Below the pieces are notes generated by a model, which worked only from the letters and a program-made list of their open reading frames with translations, was not told the DNA's origin and searched no databases. The translations under genes were made by a program, and so were the position numbers. Of a stretch of 32,000 nt of DNA, positions 25,104-32,000 are shown one piece after another (positions within the stretch are counted from its first letter, which is position 1; each line of letters starts with the position of its first letter). The stretch lies in assembly GCF_007748075.1 (NCBI RefSeq), contig NZ_CP036280.1, positions 2,700,001 to 2,732,000 of the forward strand. Direction: 5' to 3'. The stretch comes from Mucisphaera calidilacus. GTDB lineage: Bacteria > Planctomycetota > Phycisphaerae > Phycisphaerales > Phycisphaeraceae.

Positions 25104-26357
25104 ATGACGCGACGCATCGACATCCTCACCCTCTTCCCCGACATGTTCCCGGGCATCCTCGGGTCGAGCATCCTCAAACGCGCCGCCGAAACCGTTACCA
25201 GCCCCGCCGACCCCGCCCTCACCCGCGATCCGGTCGTCAGCTACCACCTCACCAACATCCGCGACTACACCGACGACAAACACCAGAAAGTCGATCAGCC
25301 GCCCTTCGGCGGGGGACCCGGCATGGTCATCCAGTGCCAGCCCGTCTACGACGCCGTCCGCGCCGCCGAGAACGCCGACCCGCGACCCGCACGCCGCATC
25401 CTCATGACACCCCAGGGACGCCCCCTCACCCAGAAACTCGCCACCGAACTCGCCGCCGAACCTCGCCTCATCATCCTCGCCGGCCACTACGAGGGCATCG
25501 ACGAACGCGTCATCGAAGAACTCGCCCCCGTCGACGAGATCTCCATAGGCGACTACGTCCTCTCAGGCGGCGAACTGCCCGCACTCGTCCTCATCGACGC
25601 CATCGTCCGACTCATCCCCGGCGCCCTCGGCCACGAAGATTCCGCCGCCCAGGACAGCTTCACCGGCAGCCACGCCAGCCGACTCGAAGGCCCCGCCTAC
25701 ACCCGACCCCGCCTCTGGCACAACCGCGAAGTCCCCGACGTCCTGCTCTCAGGCGACCACGCCAGAATCGCCGAATGGCGCGATCAACAAGCCCTCGTGC
25801 GCACAAGAGAACGCCGACCCGACCTCCTTCTGCCAACCCCGAGCGATCAATTAACGACCAGTTCTCAGATAATTACGATCAGGCATTTTCGACGAAAAGA
25901 GGCCAAAAACGTCGAGATTTGGACCAAAACGATCCAAAACGGGCTGTTTTCACCTTTCTTTAACACAAAATGGACCGACTTCTACGTCGACCTATTTATC
26001 GCAGATACCCCAGATACACTTTTTGGGGTCGCCGGACTCGTCAGCCTCGCCCTCAGCGACGAGCCCAGCCTCCGCGGACTCCTAGGCATCACACCCCTGA
26101 TCCTCGCCCCCGAGGCCCCCCAGCAGCCCCTCAAAACCGCCCTCATCCGCGAACTCACCGCCGCCGCCGACCAGGCCGGCGCCGCCGCCCTGCTCATCCC
26201 CGACGACCAACAGCCCGACGGATTCGAGCCAGCCAGCCAGCACAACCTCAGCATCAAGTCCAGCAACCACCAGCAGCTATGGCTCAAACCCCTCCGACCC
26301 GCCAAACTCGCCACCCTCACCGGCACCATCGACTGGCCCACCGCCTCTGGCCCCTGA
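25104..26357 (+). CDS. trmD: tRNA (guanine37-N1)-methyltransferase TrmD with an in-frame C-terminal extension of about 165 aa
   Basis: The N-terminal 250 aa or so are canonical TrmD: IDILTLFPDMF, GGGPGMV, ILAGHYEGIDERV, EISIGDYVLSGGELPALVLIDAIVRLIPGALG and LLSGDHARIAEWRDQQAL..T..RRPDLL. The reading frame then stays open for about 165 more codons, to 26357. Confidence 0.9.
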   Translation: MTRRIDILTLFPDMFPGILGSSILKRAAETVTSPADPALTRDPVVSYHLTNIRDYTDDKHQKVDQPPFGGGPGMVIQCQPVYDAVRAAENADPRPARRILMTPQGRPLTQKLATELAAEPRLIILAGHYEGIDERVIEELAPVDEISIGDYVLSGGELPALVLIDAIVRLIPGALGHEDSAAQDSFTGSHASRLEGPAYTRPRLWHNREVPDVLLSGDHARIAEWRDQQALVRTRERRPDLLLPTPSDQLTTSSQIITIRHFRRKEAKNVEIWTKTIQNGLFSPFFNTKWTDFYVDLFIADTPDTLFGVAGLVSLALSDEPSLRGLLGITPLILAPEAPQQPLKTALIRELTAAADQAGAAALLIPDDQQPDGFEPASQHNLSIKSSNHQQLWLKPLRPAKLATLTGTIDWPTASGP

Positions 26358-26425
26358 TCCCCCGGTTGTCCCAGCAACACCAAAACGCTATATTACGTGG
26401 CTCGATACACAACGAGGAAAACCTC

Positions 26426-26851
26426 ATGAGCGACGCCATTCTCAAAGCCGTTCAGGCTCAGCAACTCAAATCCGACCTTCCGAAGCTTTCGGTGGGTGAC
26501 ACGGTGAACGTGCATGTGCGCATCATCGAGGGTTCGAAGGAGCGTGTTCAGGTGTTCACGGGTGTGATCCTGAAGATGCAGGGTGGCGGTCTGGAGCAGA
26601 CGATCACGGTTCGCCGGATCGTGGCCAACGAGGGTGTGGAGCGTACTTTCCCGGTGCACTCGCCGCGTGTGGCTCAGATCGAGGTGGTCCGTCACGGGCA
26701 CACGCGTCGGTCGCGTCTGTATTTCCTGCGTGAGCGTGTGGGCAAGTCGCGTCGTCTTCGTGACCGCCGTCGTGGTCTGAAGAACATCGCGGGTGTGATC
26801 CCCACGGGTGTGTCGAAGAAGAAGGCCAAGGCCGAGGCGGCTGAGGACTGA
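26426..26851 (+). CDS. rplS: 50S ribosomal protein L19
   Basis: ATG 26426 gives 141 aa: MSDAILKAVQAQQLKSDLPKLSVGDTVNVHVRIIEGSKERVQVFTGVIL...NEGVERTFPVHSPRV..IEVVRHG..RRSRLYFLRERVGK. This aligns with E. coli L19. The upstream part of track ORF 25970..26851 is phantom. Confidence 0.95.
   Translation: MSDAILKAVQAQQLKSDLPKLSVGDTVNVHVRIIEGSKERVQVFTGVILKMQGGGLEQTITVRRIVANEGVERTFPVHSPRVAQIEVVRHGHTRRSRLYFLRERVGKSRRLRDRRRGLKNIAGVIPTGVSKKKAKAEAAED
26450..26500. other. Abrupt polarity switch of G/C and T/A strand skew (origin-type polarity)
   Basis: Hand counts on the + strand: 26358-26425 G12/C23; 26426-26473 G9/C16; 26474-26530 G19/C14; 27241-27300 G27/C14. Third-codon positions of rplS change from C/A-ending to G/T-ending at about codon 17. 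Confidence 0.6.
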
Positions 26852-26881
26852 TTCACCGGAACGATTGACCGTCATGATCAG

Positions 26882-26916
26882 CGGCCGTCTCCGAGTGAGA
26901 CGGCCGTTTTCTTTTT
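26882..26916 (+). terminator. Intrinsic terminator of the rpsP-trmD-rplS operon
   Basis: A perfect 10-bp stem, CGGCCGTCTC (26882-26891) pairing with GAGACGGCCG (26897-26906), has the loop CGAGT and is followed by TTTTCTTTTT. Confidence 0.85.
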
Positions 26917-26967
26917 GCGCCCGTGGCGTGGTGAAGCGTGCGGGACCACTCTGCTAGGATTGGTGTT

Positions 26968-28582
<1,615 letters not shown>

Positions 28583-28590
<8 letters not shown>

Positions 28591-30355
28591 CGCGATGCCT
28601 GACACATCGACCGGGGCGAAGCGCTCCGACAACGGCGGCGGCCTGATGGGGCTGGTGTTCAGCCTGATCGCTGACGTCGTGGTGACGGTGGTGAAGCTGG
28701 TGATCCTGTCGGCGGGGGTGCTGGTGCTGATCGGTCTGATCGCGGGCGCGTTTTTGGCGGCGGGGACGCAGCTGGATCCGACCTGGGGCCCGTGGGTGCT
28801 GTGGGGCGGTCCGGTGGGTCTGCTGGTGGTTTACCTGGTGCTGACGATGCGTGGGGGTGTGTATCAGCACCTGATGGTGCGTCGTTATCTGCGTCGTCGT
28901 CTGCCGCCTTTGTTTGCGGCGCTGACGGTGATGCTGTGCACGGCGATGGTGATCGTGGTGATCAGCGTGATGGGGGGTTTTCTCGATCTGTTGAGTGAGT
29001 CGGCGCAGCGTCTGACGGGTGACGTGGTGATCGACGCGCGTTCGCAGGAGGGCTTCGCGGACTACGAGGCGATCATCGAACGTCTGGAGTCGTTGCCTGA
29101 GGTTGAGTCGGCGGTGCCGGTGATCGAGGCGTACGGGCTGGTGCGTTATCGGGGCCAGACGCTGACGGTGCAGGTTCAGGGCGTGGACCCGGAGCGTCTG
29201 AACCGGGTGCTGGATTTCGAGCGGACGCTTTACTGGTCGACGGAGGATTACCTGGCGGCGTTTGATGAGCAGGTAGCGCGGATCATCGAGATGCGTGGCG
29301 GGTTGTCGGAGCAGGGTGAGCGGTTGGCGAAGATGCAGCGTCATCAGCTGGGGTCGCGTGACGTGACGGATGCTTCGATGGCGTTGACGCCTCCTGACGA
29401 CTGGCAGCCGGACGAGGCAACGCGTCTGCCTGGCATGATCATGGGTGTGGAGGTGAACCCGTTCAGCAGCCGTGACCCTCGGGGTCGGTACGAGTTTGAG
29501 TACCGGTCGCTGGAGGAGGAGGTGACGCTGACGGTGGTGCCGATCACGCGTTCGGGTGCGGTGCTGGACCCGGCGGTGCGTCGGATGGTGGTGGTGAACG
29601 AGTACAAGTCGGGTTTGTACGACGTGGACGCGAACCGGGTGTATGTGCCGTTCGCGATGCTGCAGGCGATGCTGCGGATGGACGCGTACGAGCGGTTTGA
29701 CGAGGCGACGGGCGAGCCTACGGGCGAGGTGGCGCCGGGTCGGACGCACCAGGTGCTGCTCAAGGCGGCGGAGGGCGTGTCGCCTGAGGATCTGCGGACG
29801 GTGGTTTATGACGAGACGGTGAAGGTGCAGGCGGAGCTGGGTCAGATGCAGCCGCTGTACATCATGACGTGGCAGCAGCGTCACGCTCGGATTCTGAATG
29901 CGGTGCAGAACGAGAAGGGGATGGTGACGTTTCTGTTCGTGATCATCTCGATCGTGGCGGTGGTGATGGTGGCGGTGACGTTTTACATGACGGTGCTGGC
30001 GAACATCCGTGACATCGGCGTGATCCGTGCGGTGGGCGGTTCGCGGACGGGTGTGCTGAATATTTTCCTGGGTTATGGGCTGGCGATCGGTGTGGTGGGT
30101 GGCGGTCTGGGGTTGACGCTTGGCGGGTCGATCGTGATCTATCTCAACGAGATCCAGGACGTGATTCACTACTTCAGCGGTTGGCGGATGTGGAATCCGC
30201 AGACGTATTTCTTTGACCGGATCCCGAACCAGGTGAACCCGATGGAGGCGTTGGCGATCGTGCTGGGGGCGGTGCTTTCGAGCGTGGTGGGAGCGGCGTT
30301 GCCGGCGATCATGGCGTCGCGGCTGGACCCGGTGGAGGCGTTGCGTCATGAGTAG
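28583..30355 (+). CDS. LolC/LolE-like ABC transporter permease (MacB-type periplasmic domain plus FtsX domain)
   Basis: TM1 is followed by a long periplasmic domain. The FtsX-type C-terminal four-helix region ends ...AALPAIMASRLDPVEALRHE, which is family-typical. The start is uncertain: ATG 28583 overlaps the lysS stop by 8 nt, ATG 28595 is an alternative, and the track gives 28523. Confidence 0.8.
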
Positions 30356-31034
30356 GCTGCGTGCCGAGGCGTTGACGCGTGTGTTCCGTAGCGGCCCGAA
30401 GCGGCTGGAGGTTCTGCGTGGGGTGTCGCTGACGATCGAGTCGGGGGAGTGGGTAGCGATCCTGGGGCGGTCGGGTTCGGGCAAGAGCACGCTTTTGCAC
30501 CTGCTGGGGGGGCTGGATCGTCCGAACGGCGGGTCGGTTCATTTTGACGAGCAGGACATCCGGCGGATCGGGATCAACCGGTATCGGAACCAGCACGTGG
30601 GGTTCGTGTTTCAGGCGTACCACCTGCTGGCGGAGCTGAGTGCGATCGAGAACGTGCTGCTGGCGGCGATGATCGGCCCGACGCCTGCGGGCTGGGGTCC
30701 GCGTCGTGGGGAAGCGCGTGCGGAGGCGGTTCGTCTGCTGGAGCTGATGGGTCTCGGGGACCGGATCGATCATCGTGTGGAGCGTCTGTCGGGTGGCGAG
30801 CGTCAGCGTGTGGCGATTGCGCGGGCGCTTATTAATCGTCCGGCGTTGCTGTTGGCCGATGAACCTACTGGCAACCTCGATGCCCAGACCAGCGGCGAGA
30901 TTCTGGATCTTCTGCGCAAGCTTCACGGAGAGGGTCAGACCATCGTCCTGGTGACGCACGACCTCGGGGTGGCGGAGGCAGCGGATCGGCGTTTGACGCT
31001 CGAAGCCGGTAATCTGGTAGGCAATCATGAATGA
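30348..31034 (+). CDS. lolD: Lipoprotein-releasing-system-type ABC ATP-binding protein
   Basis: 228 aa. Walker A is GRSGSGKST, the signature is LSGGERQRVAIARAL and Walker B is LLLADEPTGNLD. It overlaps the permease gene by 8 nt. The MacB/LolD family assignment is firm; the specific LolD call rests on the partner and context. Confidence 0.8.
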   Translation: MSRLRAEALTRVFRSGPKRLEVLRGVSLTIESGEWVAILGRSGSGKSTLLHLLGGLDRPNGGSVHFDEQDIRRIGINRYRNQHVGFVFQAYHLLAELSAIENVLLAAMIGPTPAGWGPRRGEARAEAVRLLELMGLGDRIDHRVERLSGGERQRVAIARALINRPALLLADEPTGNLDAQTSGEILDLLRKLHGEGQTIVLVTHDLGVAEAADRRLTLEAGNLVGNHE

Positions 31035-32000
31035 TCATCGCGATGACAAGCACGACGGCGATCTGACCCCCCAGCACCCACAAGACGCGACACCGGAGGA
31101 AGCGGCGATCCCTGCGGATCAGGCGGCTGATCGGCCGGAGTCGGGGCACCCGTTCGGGGAGCCGGATGCGCGGGCGTCGGAGGAGCGGCCTGAGCCGGCG
31201 TCGGTTCAGCGTGATCTGCCACAGGGGTATGCGTTGGTCCAGCCGGATACCGAGGCGCGGGTGGCGGAGCCTGAGGGGCGATTGGCGGAGGGAGAAGACG
31301 AGGCGGATCAGCCTGAGATGGTGTCGCCTGCGACGCCCCCTGCGCGTTCGTACGCGGTGGATGCGCTGCGTGGTCTGGCGATCCTGGGGATGTGTTTGTC
31401 GGGGATTATTGCGGGTGGTTTGTGGAACGGCATGTATCACGGGAACTTCCCGCGTTGGCTGCCCGGCGCTTTCGTGCAGCCTGCGGAGGCGGAGCCTGAG
31501 ACGGATCCTGCGCTGAGTGATGTGGAGGCGTTGGATGCGGCGCTGGACACACCGGCGTCGGCGGCGGGGGGCGATGGTTGGCAGGCGGTCGAGTCGGTGG
31601 TGTTCCGAGATGACTGGCCCTCGTTCACGTGGGTGGACTGGGTGTTCCCGATGTTTTTGTTCGCGATGGGCTTGGCGATCCCGCTGGCCTATGCGGGTCG
31701 ACGGTCGCGTGGTGGTTCATGGTGGGCGTACCCGTTCCATTCGGTGTGGCGGTTCGTGATTCTGGTGGGATTTGCGTTGTATGCGCGTCACGTGACGGCG
31801 CATTTCATTGACAGTTCGCCTGACGCGGCGACGTGGTGCGTGGTGCTGATCGGATTCCTGGTGCCGTTCGCGTTGTTCGTGCGGTTGCCGAGTGGCACGC
31901 GTGCGGGCGGGCGATTGGCTCTGCGTCTGCTGGGGCTGACGGCGGCGGTGTCGCTGCTGGCCTTCATCAATCTGCGTGAGGGTCATGAATTCACGTGGAA
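31027..32000 (+). CDS. Membrane protein of the heparan-alpha-glucosaminide N-acetyltransferase-like (DUF1624/DUF5009-like) type; 3' end runs off the window
   Basis: Absent from the ORF track because there is no stop in the window. ATG 31027 is followed by an acidic/Pro-rich N-terminal region of about 100 aa. Next comes RSYAVDALRGLAILGMCLSGII..., the family-typical R..S.D.LRG motif opening the first TM helix. Further hydrophobic helices follow (WVDWVFPMFLFAMGLAIPLA..). It overlaps the lolD stop by 8 nt. Confidence 0.65.
   Translation, partial: MNDHRDDKHDGDLTPQHPQDATPEEAAIPADQAADRPESGHPFGEPDARASEERPEPASVQRDLPQGYALVQPDTEARVAEPEGRLAEGEDEADQPEMVSPATPPARSYAVDALRGLAILGMCLSGIIAGGLWNGMYHGNFPRWLPGAFVQPAEAEPETDPALSDVEALDAALDTPASAAGGDGWQAVESVVFRDDWPSFTWVDWVFPMFLFAMGLAIPLAYAGRRSRGGSWWAYPFHSVWRFVILVGFALYARHVTAHFIDSSPDAATWCVVLIGFLVPFALFVRLPSGTRAGGRLALRLLGLTAAVSLLAFINLREGHEFTW

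Noticed and set aside
24666-25487. 273-aa minus-strand ORF, and 25058..25963 (plus)
   Set aside because: These are antisense or out-of-frame phantoms over rpsP and trmD.
25970-26425. The upstream part of ORF 25970..26851
   Set aside because: It is an Arg/Pro-rich phantom. Real rplS begins at ATG 26426, preceded by GAGGAA.
26358-26560. Interpreting the skew flip as the replication terminus or a dif region
   Set aside because: The polarity is wrong under the standard rule, since a terminus goes from + to - on the top strand. I also saw no dif-like 28-mer. I cannot exclude an atypical skew rule without whole-genome data.

Overview
High-GC bacterial chromosome segment. It is probably Planctomycetota (Phycisphaerae-like); this is inference only, based on a DUF1559-style prepilin-like protein, a PEP-CTERM-tagged exoenzyme and a Bat-like MoxR/DUF58/VWA operon. 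Most of the window is housekeeping. A long minus-strand operon spans 1-9340 (alpha/beta hydrolase, deoC, kdsA, acidic coiled-coil membrane protein, double-VWA protein, MoxR, DUF58). It is followed by a yeast-Fcy1-type cytosine deaminase, a PEP-CTERM 5'-nucleotidase, a pseudopilin-like protein, a class V aminotransferase, a LOG-family protein, a heterodimeric ABC exporter pair, panB, an HtrA protease, an orphan OppF-like ATPase, then rpsP-trmD-rplS, lysS, a LolE/LolD-like pair and an HGSNAT-like membrane protein. Two things stand out. (1) Strand composition is extremely skewed: synonymous codon choice follows chromosome position rather than gene orientation. The skew flips abruptly at about 26,475, inside the 5' end of an intact rplS, with the polarity expected of a replication origin. 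(2) A lower-GC island of about 2.4 kb (22,236-24,640) sits between the OppF-like gene and the rpsP promoter. It holds nested IS remnants, an orphan terminator, a perfect Shine-Dalgarno plus mini-ORF, a 331-aa modular protein I cannot assign to any family, and a small convergent overlapping ORF. I found no rRNA, tRNA or CRISPR array. Many long ORFs in the supplied track are Arg-rich phantom frames created by the composition. Two real CDSs that run off the window edges (1-890 minus, 31027-32000 plus) are missing from the track.
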